From NCBI GenBank assembly GCA_902590895.1, contig CACIYM010000001.1, positions 68,477-132,476 on the forward strand: 64,000 nucleotides of DNA, given 5' to 3'. Shown piece after piece: positions 10,242 through 19,975 of this stretch; positions within the stretch are counted from its first letter, which is position 1; each line of letters starts with the position of its first letter. The notes beneath the pieces were generated by a model. It saw only the letters and a list, made by a program, of their open reading frames with translations. It made no database searches and had not been told where the DNA came from. This DNA comes from an uncultured Alphaproteobacteria bacterium. GTDB lineage: Bacteria > Pseudomonadota > Alphaproteobacteria > Methylaequorales > Methylaequoraceae. The translations under genes and the position numbers were made by a program.

Positions 10242-11075
10242 TAAAATAATCACTCCTGAAATTTTTGATTTTGTAATGTCCTCATTAAAAAAGAATCTTC
10301 CAAGAAAAACTGAGCTTATTTGTCCTACTGATCTTTTAATTGATTCCATGATTGGAACATAGTTACTTAAAATCGCGTAAAATTGTAAAACAGTGGCTAA
10401 AGTCCCAATTAAAACTGTAAGAAAAATTAATTTCCAATATCTTTTTATTTTGCTAATTTCTTCATTGCTATTTTTTTTTAAAAGAAAAATTAACAAAATT
10501 ATCATTCCCAGTGATTGAATAAAACCGTGAATATTAATCGAACTATTTGCAAGGCACAATTTATCTAGTACTGGCGTTAAGCTCCAAATAATTGAAACTA
10601 AAATCATCATTCTTGCACTATCATTAGTTGAGATGATTTTAAAACTTTTGAGAATTTCAGTAATAGTCAATTTTTTTGAATATAGTGTTAAAGTCCCAAG
10701 AATTATTGAAAAGATACCTATGTATTGAATATTTGATAACTTTTCATGCAAAAAAAAAAAAGAAAATAATGAGCTAAACATTGGAGATAGAGATAAAAGA
10801 GGAATTGTTAAACTAAGATCCGATTGTTTAATTGCCTTTAAAAAAAGCAATGCAGACAATAAACCGATTAGAATTAATATTAACCCTGGAAAAAGATAAG
10901 GAATTAAATTTATCGAAAAATCACTGTAAAACAGCCAGATAAGAAAAACTACTAATTGTGTTAGAGTGAACATTAAAAGTAAACTCGTTGAAGTAATTTT
11001 TTTTAGGGAGAGCTTTCTTGTTAAGTCAAATGTAGCCCAAAAAAAGGCGGATATAATACAAATTAAAATTGGCAT
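10209..11075 (-). CDS. EamA/DMT-family permease
   Basis: 288 aa with ~10 hydrophobic helices in a two-fold repeat architecture. Its 3' end overlaps the speB 3' end by 33 nt. Confidence 0.6.
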   Translation of the reverse strand: MPILICIISAFFWATFDLTRKLSLKKITSTSLLLMFTLTQLVVFLIWLFYSDFSINLIPYLFPGLILILIGLLSALLFLKAIKQSDLSLTIPLLSLSPMFSSLFSFFFLHEKLSNIQYIGIFSIILGTLTLYSKKLTITEILKSFKIISTNDSARMMILVSIIWSLTPVLDKLCLANSSINIHGFIQSLGMIILLIFLLKKNSNEEISKIKRYWKLIFLTVLIGTLATVLQFYAILSNYVPIMESIKRSVGQISSVFLGRFFFNEDITKSKISGVIILSMGVYFILGY

Positions 11076-11274
11076 TAATTAAAATTATTAAAAAAGAATT
11101 ATTTTACTTATTTAGTTTTATCATTTTCATCAAAGATATCAAAATGAGTAAATATACATAATAAATATGTGCAAAAATTATGTTAATGGTAACTTGAGTG
11201 AAAAAAAAAAATAAAGAACTAATTTAAAAAAATTTTTTTTTGAAAAAGAATTGAAACTTTTGATTTGGAATTGT

Positions 11275-12063
11275 TTACATACCAGGAAGTCTCATTAAAC
11301 TTGTACCTGCGGTATCTAATTCTTCAGTCATTTGGATAAGCTTAACATGCATTTCAAATTTTCTCATTTGATCTATCGTGTTAACCATTTCCTCTATTGC
11401 ATTAACGTTACTTTTTTCAAGAAATCCTGAAATTATTTTACCTTGCTGGTTAGGTTCGATTGGAATATTTTCAGCCTCACCATTTGCGTTAACAACTTCA
11501 GCAAATCTAATATGTCCATCAAGAGATTTTTTGAGAGTGTTGTCGCCGTTTGGAACAAAAGTAGCAATGTTTGCTACATTTACTGGTAAAGCACCTGGCT
11601 CAGCTGCAATTGGTTGAATAAGAATTTCTCCTTGCGAAGATATATTTATTTCTCTAAATGCAGGGATAACAATTGGTTGCATGCCTGCATCTAAAACAAG
11701 GTTTCCAGCACCATCAAGTAATTCTCCATTTTCATTTATATTTAGATCTCCACGTCTAGAAAAAGCTGGTATACCATTTTGTGGTTGAATTACAAAATAT
11801 CCATTACCGTCAATAGCTATATCTGTTGGATTATTTGTGTTTTCCATCGTACCTTGCTCGATACTAAATTTCCCAACCTCTCTACCGGCAACAATTCTAG
11901 GCTCAAGACCTTTATTTCTGTTTAAATATAATGCACTAAAGTCTGTTATAACATCCTGTCTGTAACCTGGAGTAACTAGATTAGATAAATTGTGAGCAGT
12001 AGCCATCTGATTTTCCATCAGGTTTTTCATACTATTTAGGGCTGTTTGTGCCATTCTATCCAT
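11275..12063 (-). CDS. flgF: flagellar basal-body rod protein FlgF
   Basis: 262 aa. MDRMAQTAL..TAHNLSNLVTPGYR at the N-terminus and LEKSNVN..RKFEMHVKLI at the C-terminus parallel E. coli FlgF. It is last in the flgBCDEF order. Confidence 0.8.
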   Translation of the reverse strand: MDRMAQTALNSMKNLMENQMATAHNLSNLVTPGYRQDVITDFSALYLNRNKGLEPRIVAGREVGKFSIEQGTMENTNNPTDIAIDGNGYFVIQPQNGIPAFSRRGDLNINENGELLDGAGNLVLDAGMQPIVIPAFREINISSQGEILIQPIAAEPGALPVNVANIATFVPNGDNTLKKSLDGHIRFAEVVNANGEAENIPIEPNQQGKIISGFLEKSNVNAIEEMVNTIDQMRKFEMHVKLIQMTEELDTAGTSLMRLPGM

Positions 12064-12096
12064 AAATAAAACTCCTTTATATCTTATTTAAAATAA

Positions 12097-15000
12097 TTAC
12101 ATTCTGATATTTACAATAGCCTGCGTTGTAGCAGCAGTTGTTTCAATCGATTTAGCATTAGCTTGGAAGTTTCTTTGAGCTGTAATCAAATTAACCAGCT
12201 CTTCAGTAATGTCCACGTTAGATCTTTCCAAAGAACCTGATAATACGGTTCCAAAGCCTTCAGCACCTGCTTCACCAACTGTCGCTGTTCCAGAAACAGC
12301 TGTTTCAACATAAGTTGCGTTACCAATCTGCTTAAGACCATTTTGGTTATTAAAGTTTGCAAGAACAATTTTTCCAAGAGGATTATTCTGTCCATTCGTG
12401 TAGTTTGCTCTTACTGTGCCAGAGGCATCAACTTCAAGTCCATCCAATCTTCCTGATGTAAAACCATCCTGATTAACAGTCGATACGAAGAACGGTTGTG
12501 CTAACTGAGTGGATTTAGTGAAGTCAATATCTAGATCAATACTAAATCCAGCTTCTTGTTTTTCGTAATGAACACCTTGTTTAGGACTCACGATTGCACC
12601 AGATTTATCAAATGTTAATTCTCCCTCGTCGATATATAATGGGAAATAACCTTCAACAAGGTTTGCAGGAGGAGTGGTAACTTTATTGCCATCTGCATCT
12701 ACAAATAAATTTAAACCTTCTGAATTGGTTGCTTGTTTTAAATTGTAAATCTGTGGTACTGATCCAACACCTAAATCCACGTTATCCAATCCAAATTTTG
12801 ACGCTCCTCTAACTTTAATTGTTGATTCTCTTCCTGTTGTACCATTAATAAAAGTAAAATTGTTGGTTGCAGAATTATACTTGACAGTAATACCACCACC
12901 AACTGTACCGGCAGAATCTTCAATTTGGTTAATACGTTCTTGAAGAGCCTCTGCAAGTGTAGTTCCTACATAAAACCCCTGTGGTATTTCAATAACACCT
13001 GCTACTCCATTAACTGAAACGTTAAATATATTCTCATTTCCTTGATTAGAAAGTCTAAATACTTGTGTCAAATCCTCTGTTGCTGAAGCACCAATTGCTT
13101 GAGCAGGTTGAGCTGCAAGTCCTTTTGCATCTGTTGTAATAGCATTTGTTTTTGTTACACCTATTCCTAACAAGTTATTATCTCCTGAAAAGAAATCAGT
13201 TGAATCTGTAACTGAGCCATTAGTAGTTGAGAGAAGATATCTTCCTACTACTATACTAGAAGCAGTTTGAGCCTCTGTTACACCAATTGCACCATTAGCA
13301 GCAATCGTTTCACCGGTAGTTCCACTACTAAATTCAAAAGCTTTTAATTCACTATTATAACCAACTTTGACTCCAAATCTTTTATCGTTAAGTTGGATCT
13401 CTGCACCATCAGCAACAAAAGTATTTGCTGAAAACTTTTCTCCACCTCTAATTAATGTTTCAGTGGTATCATCAGCAGTCGGAATTCCTAAATTATTTTC
13501 TGAGGTTGCTGTTGATGAACCAAAAATTTTGAAACTATTAAAGTTACTATTTGTACCTGTACCAATGAGGTTCCTGTCCACTTCAAATTGAAGTCTCTGA
13601 TTTAAAACATCATAAGTCACTTCTATTGGTGGATCCTTTTCATCTACCCAATGAGTTGCTGGTTTAGTTTTATCTGTTGATGTACCATCTCCATTTAGAT
13701 ATAAATCTCTTGATGCTGTATTTGTATTTTCACCTAATCCAGTTAATTCATAGGTATCTAATGCTGTACCAGATGCGGTTTCTGTATCAGTGAGAGGGAA
13801 TACTTCAACTAAATCATCAATAATATTTTTTGCCGCTCCAGCTGCTGTAGTTTTTGTAACCATACTTGCATTTGTATAATCATGTTTAGTTGTTGAACCA
13901 ATTTCTCTTATTACAATCTTTGAGCTACTGAAGTTTACAGGCGCTCCTTGATAAACATTTTGCGCACCCTCAAAAAATGCCTCTACGGCAGTTGATTCTT
14001 CAGAATATATATTTGCTGAATCATTTGCATTAGCTACTGACAAGGTAAAGTCTGAATCAGGAAAACTCATTCCTGCAGTACTGGCTTCTATATAGTGATA
14101 TGTGGTACCTCCTGTAGTTTCAGAACCAATTGAAGCAATGGTAAACTCTCTGCCATTAACAAAATCTGAATTAGAATTAAATGTTGTATCAGAGTAAAAT
14201 TTTCCGACGAATCTAACTTTTTCATTTGCAGTAAGTCCAGGGTCACTCGAGCCAAAATAAAATCTCACAGTATTTTCTGATTGATCATAGGATACAGCAG
14301 TTGTACTGGCATTATCTCCCAAGGAATCCACCTCATCGTAAACATGAAGTTCAGGTGTTTTTCCGTAGTATGAATATGTGAGATGTCGGCCAGTAGTAGT
14401 AGGTCCACTGGCTGTAAGGGTAGCTGCGTCAGCTGCTGTTCTGTGGTTAAATGTAAAAGCTTGACTTTGAGTCAGTATAGTTGATATGGCTTTTCCAGAG
14501 GCTCTGTAGAATAAACTATCTCCAACACCTAAAGCAGTTGCACTAGCTACCGCATCATTAGCTGGGTTAACAGCATATTCATTCAGAGCGGCATTCAAAC
14601 GAGCTTGGGTATGCGCTAAAAATTGTTCTCTTGTAAAATCCGGTGATGCACCAGTCAAAACTATTCCCTCTAGATCAGAAACATATGAATCACTTAATAA
14701 ATCTACAGAAACTGGTGTAGTCAAACCTGTGGATGTTCCATCAGCGTTCAATTTCAGTAAATCTATAGTCAAAGTATCGTCTACGTTTTGGACAATTTGA
14801 ATTTTTTTATCATCTCCATATGCAGCATTTACTGCTCTTTGAATTTCAGCAGATAATTGAGTTGCATTATAAGAACCTGGTCTAATATCGATATTTACCG
14901 GTTGGTCACTATTGTCGACATTTATAGTCATGAAATTAGTACCCCAATAAATATTAGAAGATGTATCCCCGCTTTCTCTTGTTGAATTAAATTTCATAGG

Positions 15001-15969
15001 GTCGGTAACAATGGTTACAGTTTTATCACCTTCCTCACCAAAATCGAATGCGCTGGATTCACCTGTTACTTTTGCAGGGGTTGAATCTACAAGTGTCTGT
15101 AAATCGTCTAATTTATAAAGAGCGGAACCTTTTCCCTCCAAGAAGTAGTTATCATCAGGAACCTTTGTTGTTTGTTGACCAAATCTATCAATAAATATTG
15201 GTTGTTGAGTGTCTGTTACAGAACGAACTAGATCTGGATCAATGACTGTGTCATTAATCACTAAACGAGTTTCAAACTTATTTGTCGGATCAGCTGCAGA
15301 TGCTGCTTGAGTTCTAATGAAAAATATTGTTGCAATTGTAGGGTTACCTAAGTCATCAAAGATTGTAATGGATGTTGAGTTATTGTAGGTAGTTGGATCG
15401 TTAGGATCAAAAACATATCCATTTTCAAATTGAGGTTTATCAGTAATAATCTCACTTGTAGCGGAAACGTTTACACCCAACTCAATCGAAGTTGTTGCTT
15501 TTGGAGTTCCTGAAGTAACTGGGAGCTGAAGAGGTACAGCACTAACTAAATCTTTCGCTGTGACTGAACCATCTTCGTTCACTGGGAATGTAAGCAAAAA
15601 CTGACCAGATGAATCTGTAACATATCTATCATTATTCACATTGAATGAACCATTTCTTGTATAAACCGTTTGACCGGATGTAAGTGAAGGTTTTAAGGAG
15701 AAAAAACCTTGACCCGAAATTGCTATGTCTAGAACATTAAGAGAAGATGTAATGTTACCCTGAGTAAACTGCTGTTTTACACTTTTTAAAATTGTACCTG
15801 AACCAATTGATGAGGATGCATTCTGTAATGGTGAAGTTGCAAATATATCACCAAATTCAGCTCTTGATCTTTTAAAACCAGTTGTGTTAACGTTTGCAAT
15901 ATTATTCGACGTAGCGGATATATCCGACTGTGCTCCATTAAGACCTGTTAGTGCTGTGTAAAATGACAT
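12097..15969 (-). CDS. flgE: flagellar hook protein FlgE, giant 1290-aa form
   Basis: N-terminus MSFYTALTGLNGAQSDISATSNNIANVNTTGFKR. C-terminus LERSNVDITEELVNLITAQRNFQANAKSI. It follows flgD. The central ~850 aa are a T/S/N/G/D-rich insert. Confidence 0.85.
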   Translation of the reverse strand: MSFYTALTGLNGAQSDISATSNNIANVNTTGFKRSRAEFGDIFATSPLQNASSSIGSGTILKSVKQQFTQGNITSSLNVLDIAISGQGFFSLKPSLTSGQTVYTRNGSFNVNNDRYVTDSSGQFLLTFPVNEDGSVTAKDLVSAVPLQLPVTSGTPKATTSIELGVNVSATSEIITDKPQFENGYVFDPNDPTTYNNSTSITIFDDLGNPTIATIFFIRTQAASAADPTNKFETRLVINDTVIDPDLVRSVTDTQQPIFIDRFGQQTTKVPDDNYFLEGKGSALYKLDDLQTLVDSTPAKVTGESSAFDFGEEGDKTVTIVTDPMKFNSTRESGDTSSNIYWGTNFMTINVDNSDQPVNIDIRPGSYNATQLSAEIQRAVNAAYGDDKKIQIVQNVDDTLTIDLLKLNADGTSTGLTTPVSVDLLSDSYVSDLEGIVLTGASPDFTREQFLAHTQARLNAALNEYAVNPANDAVASATALGVGDSLFYRASGKAISTILTQSQAFTFNHRTAADAATLTASGPTTTGRHLTYSYYGKTPELHVYDEVDSLGDNASTTAVSYDQSENTVRFYFGSSDPGLTANEKVRFVGKFYSDTTFNSNSDFVNGREFTIASIGSETTGGTTYHYIEASTAGMSFPDSDFTLSVANANDSANIYSEESTAVEAFFEGAQNVYQGAPVNFSSSKIVIREIGSTTKHDYTNASMVTKTTAAGAAKNIIDDLVEVFPLTDTETASGTALDTYELTGLGENTNTASRDLYLNGDGTSTDKTKPATHWVDEKDPPIEVTYDVLNQRLQFEVDRNLIGTGTNSNFNSFKIFGSSTATSENNLGIPTADDTTETLIRGGEKFSANTFVADGAEIQLNDKRFGVKVGYNSELKAFEFSSGTTGETIAANGAIGVTEAQTASSIVVGRYLLSTTNGSVTDSTDFFSGDNNLLGIGVTKTNAITTDAKGLAAQPAQAIGASATEDLTQVFRLSNQGNENIFNVSVNGVAGVIEIPQGFYVGTTLAEALQERINQIEDSAGTVGGGITVKYNSATNNFTFINGTTGRESTIKVRGASKFGLDNVDLGVGSVPQIYNLKQATNSEGLNLFVDADGNKVTTPPANLVEGYFPLYIDEGELTFDKSGAIVSPKQGVHYEKQEAGFSIDLDIDFTKSTQLAQPFFVSTVNQDGFTSGRLDGLEVDASGTVRANYTNGQNNPLGKIVLANFNNQNGLKQIGNATYVETAVSGTATVGEAGAEGFGTVLSGSLERSNVDITEELVNLITAQRNFQANAKSIETTAATTQAIVNIRM

Positions 15970-15991
15970 TTTTCTTCTCCTCTATTTAATG

Positions 15992-16696
15992 TTAATCATT
16001 TGTTTTTAGTTTGATGGCGTCATTGGCTGAAATTTCACCATAATCTTTTGTTTCTAGGATTACATCCTCACTATTTTTAGGTGCTGAGGCTGCAATTACT
16101 TTGTTATAAACGGCTGTACTTATTCCGTCACTGGCTTCGCCGTTTCCAGCATATGCTTGAATAGTTAATCTTGTTTTACTTTTTTTAATTTCATCTGGTA
16201 TATCTATCCAGCTAAAACCAACTAAACCTTTTTCTTGTGATCCAAGAGAAAGTGAATGAACTATTTCACCTGAAGGACTAGTAAATGTTAAACCAACATC
16301 GTTTGAGTAAGATGGCAAATCAACGACTCCATGAATCTCTCCATTATCATCTGGACTTACCACCTGACCTGGAACTAATACCGAGTGTCCTAAGAATTGA
16401 GCTGCAGTAGCCACTCTATTAGGTTCAAGTTTAGATCCTAAATTTGTTAAATTGTTATTAATTTCAGTAATACCCGTTACTGTTGAAAACTGTGCCATTT
16501 GAGCAATAAAATCACCGTTGTCCATTGGAGCAAAGGGATCTTGATTTTGCAATTGTGTTGTCATAAGTTTGAGAAAATCCTCTTGTCCTAAAGAATTTTT
16601 ATTTGCTGGTCTTTTTGCTTCTTCTTGAGTTTTCACTCCAAGCTTATTAAGAATGTTATTTAAAGATTGTTCAGATGATTTTGATATTTCTGTCAT
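15992..16696 (-). CDS. flgD: flagellar hook capping/assembly protein FlgD
   Basis: 234 aa. LGQEDFLKLMTTQLQNQDPFAPMD motif. Synteny supports the call. Confidence 0.85.
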   Translation of the reverse strand: MTEISKSSEQSLNNILNKLGVKTQEEAKRPANKNSLGQEDFLKLMTTQLQNQDPFAPMDNGDFIAQMAQFSTVTGITEINNNLTNLGSKLEPNRVATAAQFLGHSVLVPGQVVSPDDNGEIHGVVDLPSYSNDVGLTFTSPSGEIVHSLSLGSQEKGLVGFSWIDIPDEIKKSKTRLTIQAYAGNGEASDGISTAVYNKVIAASAPKNSEDVILETKDYGEISANDAIKLKTND

Positions 16697-16702
16697 TTTA
16701 TT

Positions 16703-17116
16703 CTACTTTCCTAAATTAGCTGTTTTGAGCATAAGTGCTTTGATTGTTGAAATTACCTCTACATTATTTTGATACTGTCTAGAAGCTTCAAGCATATCTA
16801 CATATTCTTCTTCAATGTTTACTGGAGCTTTATAAATAAACCCATCTTTGTCAGCCATAGGGTGACCGGGTTTGTATTGTTTAATAGGCTCGATATCCAT
16901 CTTCTCAACTGTTACGGCATCAACTGTTGATATCCCTTTTTTTCTAATTAGATCAAAATATTTAGTTTCAAAAACTGGTTTGACTGGTTTATATGCATCT
17001 TGTGGGTTACCAGCAATATTATCGGCATTTGCTAAATTACTGGCAATAGCATTTAATCTTACAAGTTGAGCACCCATGGCTCTTTGCGCGATATGATAAA
17101 TATTTTTAATTTCCAT
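16703..17116 (-). CDS. flgC: flagellar basal-body rod protein FlgC
   Basis: 137 aa. NAIASNLANADN at the N-terminus and VNIEEEYVDMLEASRQYQNN at the C-terminus. Confidence 0.85.
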   Translation of the reverse strand: MEIKNIYHIAQRAMGAQLVRLNAIASNLANADNIAGNPQDAYKPVKPVFETKYFDLIRKKGISTVDAVTVEKMDIEPIKQYKPGHPMADKDGFIYKAPVNIEEEYVDMLEASRQYQNNVEVISTIKALMLKTANLGK

Positions 17117-17505
17117 TATTCACCTCTAATAGCACTCATTAGTCCTGTTAACTTTGAATTTATAAAGTTTAAGGTAGTTTGATATCTAACTGAATTTTCA
17201 GCAAATTCCATTTGCTCAACTGATAATTCCACAGTATTACCATCCATTGAAGGAGTTAAAGGGTCTCTATATTGAACCTTTCCAGGTAAATTTTTTGAAG
17301 CTAACGAAATATGTCCTTTATCGGACGTTTTTAAAGGTCCTACACTCAGTACTCTTGCTAATTCAACTTCAAAGTCTACGTCTCTAGCTTTGTAGTTTGG
17401 TGTTGCAGCATTAGCAATGTTAGAGGCTAGAATTTCATTTCTTTTATTTCTTATGCCTAATGCATTGCTGTATACTTCAAATTGTTGTTTAATACTATCA
17501 GTCAT
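17116..17505 (-). CDS. flgB: flagellar basal-body rod protein FlgB
   Basis: 129 aa. RNEILASNIANAATPNYKARDVDF motif. First gene of the operon. Confidence 0.85.
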   Translation of the reverse strand: MTDSIKQQFEVYSNALGIRNKRNEILASNIANAATPNYKARDVDFEVELARVLSVGPLKTSDKGHISLASKNLPGKVQYRDPLTPSMDGNTVELSVEQMEFAENSVRYQTTLNFINSKLTGLMSAIRGE

Positions 17506-17540
17506 TTTCTATTAAAATTTATTACTTTTGGTTTGGAATT

Positions 17541-17556
17541 TGCAAATTGAATGCCA
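17541..17556 (-). promoter_or_regulatory. sigma-54 (RpoN) -24/-12 promoter for flgBCDEF
   Basis: The minus strand reads TGGCAT-TCAAT-TTGCA, matching the consensus TGGCAC-N5-TTGCW. The predicted TSS is ~25 nt upstream of the flgB ATG. Confidence 0.7.
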
Positions 17557-18534
17557 AAAGAAAGGCAAATGAATATGAATGAAAAAAATAACCTGGAAAA
17601 CGATCTAGATCCTGAGGTAATTAAAGTAAGAGATAAAATAATTACTAAAATCGGTGATAAACCATTAGAGGAAGTTAATTCAATAATTAAAAAATTATTA
17701 AATGAACAGATGGATGAGGTTACTAGAATAGGCGCATTAGCTGCTAGACTCAAAATTATAAGGTCTAAAATTGACCTTTTATATGAAAGAAAAGTAAAAA
17801 TTAATAAAGAACCAGTGCCTAAACCTACTCCGGAGAAAAAAGAGGATATGGTTTCAGTTGAAGAGCAGTGGGTAAGAGTGAAAATGGTTGAAACAGGTGA
17901 TGTTAACGGAAAGCAAATTGATAAAGGAGTTGTATTAGACGTTAAGGAAGATGATGCACAGAAATTAATAGATGCAAAAAAAGCTATACTTGACGTAGAT
18001 AAGCCAAAAAAAGAAGAAAAAAATGAGGTAAAAGCGGAAGAGAAAGATGAATCAAAGACAGAAGAAAAAGTTAAATCAAAAACAGAAGAAACAGAAGAAA
18101 CAGAAGAAACAGTTGAGTCAATAGCAGAAGAAACAGTTGAATCAAAAACAGAAGAAAAACCTGAATCAAAAACAGAAAAAACAGTTGAAACAAAAAATGA
18201 TCAAGAAGTAACAAACGAAAATAAAGCTGTTGAAAAAAAAGAGGATTCAATGGAGGAAAATTCTACAGATGAGAAAAAAGAAGACCAGTTAGGAAAAAAA
18301 GATTTATTAGAACTTCATAAAGAAAAAGAGGATCAAAAAGATTCTGATGAAGTTGACCAAAATAATACTGAGCAAAAATCAGAGTCTACGAGTCAAGCAA
18401 ATACATCAGATCAAAATAGTGAAAAAAGCTCTGAAAAGGATAATGAGTTGATATCAAATGATAAAAAAGAAGACTCTCAAGCTGAAAACAGTGCATCCGA
18501 AAAAGAAGATAAAGATGCTGACGAAAAAAAATAA
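17551..18534 (+). CDS. hypothetical acidic protein with an E/K/T-rich low-complexity C-terminal half
   Basis: 327-aa ORF with no TM segment. It contains ESKTEEK/TEETEETEE repeats. The true start may be M7 or M9, because ATG 17551 lies inside the flgB promoter motif. Confidence 0.5.
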   Translation: MPKERQMNMNEKNNLENDLDPEVIKVRDKIITKIGDKPLEEVNSIIKKLLNEQMDEVTRIGALAARLKIIRSKIDLLYERKVKINKEPVPKPTPEKKEDMVSVEEQWVRVKMVETGDVNGKQIDKGVVLDVKEDDAQKLIDAKKAILDVDKPKKEEKNEVKAEEKDESKTEEKVKSKTEETEETEETVESIAEETVESKTEEKPESKTEKTVETKNDQEVTNENKAVEKKEDSMEENSTDEKKEDQLGKKDLLELHKEKEDQKDSDEVDQNNTEQKSESTSQANTSDQNSEKSSEKDNELISNDKKEDSQAENSASEKEDKDADEKK

Positions 18535-18871
18535 AACATTAATTTTCTTTTTAGTTTGGTTACCATTTTTAATAAGTTGTGAAGACTTATTTACAAGATT
18601 TAAATATGAAACTTATGAATGTGATAAAAATCCCACAAGGTTAAAGAAAATATTTATTAAAAATTATGAGGTGGGTGAAATAGTAGAGGTTGAGTTTGAA
18701 AATGAGGGGTATGAACTAAAAATTACTGAAAATACAGATTTATTAATGAAACTAAAAAGATCTAATCCAGAAATAGAAATAAAAATTGATAAAAAGAGTA
18801 GTTTTATAAATGTAAATTTAAAAAATCACATCTCAAATTTTAAATGCACTAATTATATTTTTAAAATGTAA
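18515..18871 (+). CDS. small lipoprotein, unknown function
   Basis: Internal start giving MLTKKNKTLIFFLVWLPFLISC with lipobox L-I-S-C. The track start at 18458 would add a K-rich extension overlapping the upstream gene. Confidence 0.5.
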   Translation: MLTKKNKTLIFFLVWLPFLISCEDLFTRFKYETYECDKNPTRLKKIFIKNYEVGEIVEVEFENEGYELKITENTDLLMKLKRSNPEIEIKIDKKSSFINVNLKNHISNFKCTNYIFKM

Positions 18872-18876
18872 CGATT

Positions 18877-19299
18877 CTATTTACCGTGAAATTTTATTAT
18901 AGGCTCAATTTCCTCTTTTGACATACCAGTCATTTCAGAAATTTCTTCAATTGTTTTTCCTTCACTAGCCATTTTGATGGCATTAGTAATGTTGGAGTCT
19001 TCCTTAGAAGTATCAGCTAGTCTTGATGTTTCTTGTTCTAATCTCTCTAAAGTATATTTATAGTCTTGTAAAATTTTTTTTTGATCAGAAAATAAAAGTT
19101 CGAAAGATCTGAACTCTTCAATTAAATCTTTTATTGCTCTTTCTAACATTGATATTTTTTTTTCATTAAGTTTATTTTTTTTTAAATCGTAATAAAAAGC
19201 CACAGAAACTGTTATGAAAATAAAAATAAAGAATATTATTACAACTGACGATAAGGTAGAGGAGGGGTCCTTTTTGAACAAATTACCTAAAAAATCCAT
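18877..19299 (-). CDS. DUF2802-like flagellar-locus protein (N-terminal TM, coiled coil, C-terminal HTH-like tail)
   Basis: 140 aa. TM segment VVIIFFIFIFITVSVAFYY. The tail NAIKMASEGKTIEEISEMTGMSKEEIEPIIKFH matches my recollection of the DUF2802 C-terminus found in Pseudomonas/Vibrio flagellar clusters. Confidence 0.45.
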   Translation of the reverse strand: MDFLGNLFKKDPSSTLSSVVIIFFIFIFITVSVAFYYDLKKNKLNEKKISMLERAIKDLIEEFRSFELLFSDQKKILQDYKYTLERLEQETSRLADTSKEDSNITNAIKMASEGKTIEEISEMTGMSKEEIEPIIKFHGK

Positions 19300-19335
19300 A
19301 ACCTATATTATGTTTTTAAATCTAAATCGACAAGG

Positions 19336-19617
19336 TTAATTAATTTTTCTATTTTTTAAAAAATTGTTAAAATCATCTAAAAAGTTTTTTTTGGCGTCTT
19401 GTTTATTATTAAGTTTTTCTAAAAGAACTTTAAGTTTTTTGAGTTTCTCTTCTATCAGATTTTTTTGTGTTTCGGTTTGATTAAATAAGTCAACTTTTAG
19501 TTCTTGGAATGACATCGATATTTCTTTTTCGGTTTCTTGGATTTTTTCCGAGTTTTCGAGATCAGCACTTATTTCAATTAAATTAATTAGGCGATCTAAT
19601 TGATCTTTAACATTCAT
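19336..19617 (-). CDS. small coiled-coil protein in the flgN position (possible FlgN-like chaperone)
   Basis: 93 aa, helical. Positioned directly after flgM as in the enteric flgA-flgM-flgN order. I recognised no sequence motif. Confidence 0.3.
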   Translation of the reverse strand: MNVKDQLDRLINLIEISADLENSEKIQETEKEISMSFQELKVDLFNQTETQKNLIEEKLKKLKVLLEKLNNKQDAKKNFLDDFNNFLKNRKIN

Positions 19618-19625
19618 TTAATGTA

Positions 19626-19940
19626 TTAATCTTTCATTTCCTTGTAAGCATCAAATAATGCATCAGCGATTTTATCTAAGTCAATGGGATAAGATCCATT
19701 AGCTATGGCATTTTTAATTCTTGTGGTTGAAACTTTATCAATCGGAGGTTGCTTTGCCATGTCCTTAATTGTTTCCTTACTTACAAATTGTGATACTTTA
19801 CCGCTATCAACGTCTACTTTTGTTCTAGTAGGATCAACTTTCTGTACTGAAGCTTTGGCATGTTTAGTATCAGTTCTCGTTACATTGTTACTTCCTGAAC
19901 TGCTCAAACTGTTTAACTTACTTTTTAATTGATCTATCAT
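19626..19940 (-). CDS. flgM: anti-sigma-28 factor FlgM
   Basis: 104 aa. The C-terminus IKNAIANGSYPIDLDKIADALF is typical of FlgM. It follows flgA. Confidence 0.75.
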   Translation of the reverse strand: MIDQLKSKLNSLSSSGSNNVTRTDTKHAKASVQKVDPTRTKVDVDSGKVSQFVSKETIKDMAKQPPIDKVSTTRIKNAIANGSYPIDLDKIADALFDAYKEMKD

Positions 19941-19975
19941 AACTATTTATCCTTTATTATATATACGACAACTGT

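Noticed and set aside
12186-13591. Small ORFs nested in flgE on both strands (12186-12395, 12771-12956, 13367-13591)
   Set aside because: They lie entirely inside the well-supported 1290-aa FlgE frame. They have no independent start signals or motifs.
17502-17753. 83-aa minus-strand ORF overlapping the flgB start and the acidic-protein gene
   Set aside because: It would run through the sigma-54 promoter and antisense to a longer ORF. I recognised no motif.
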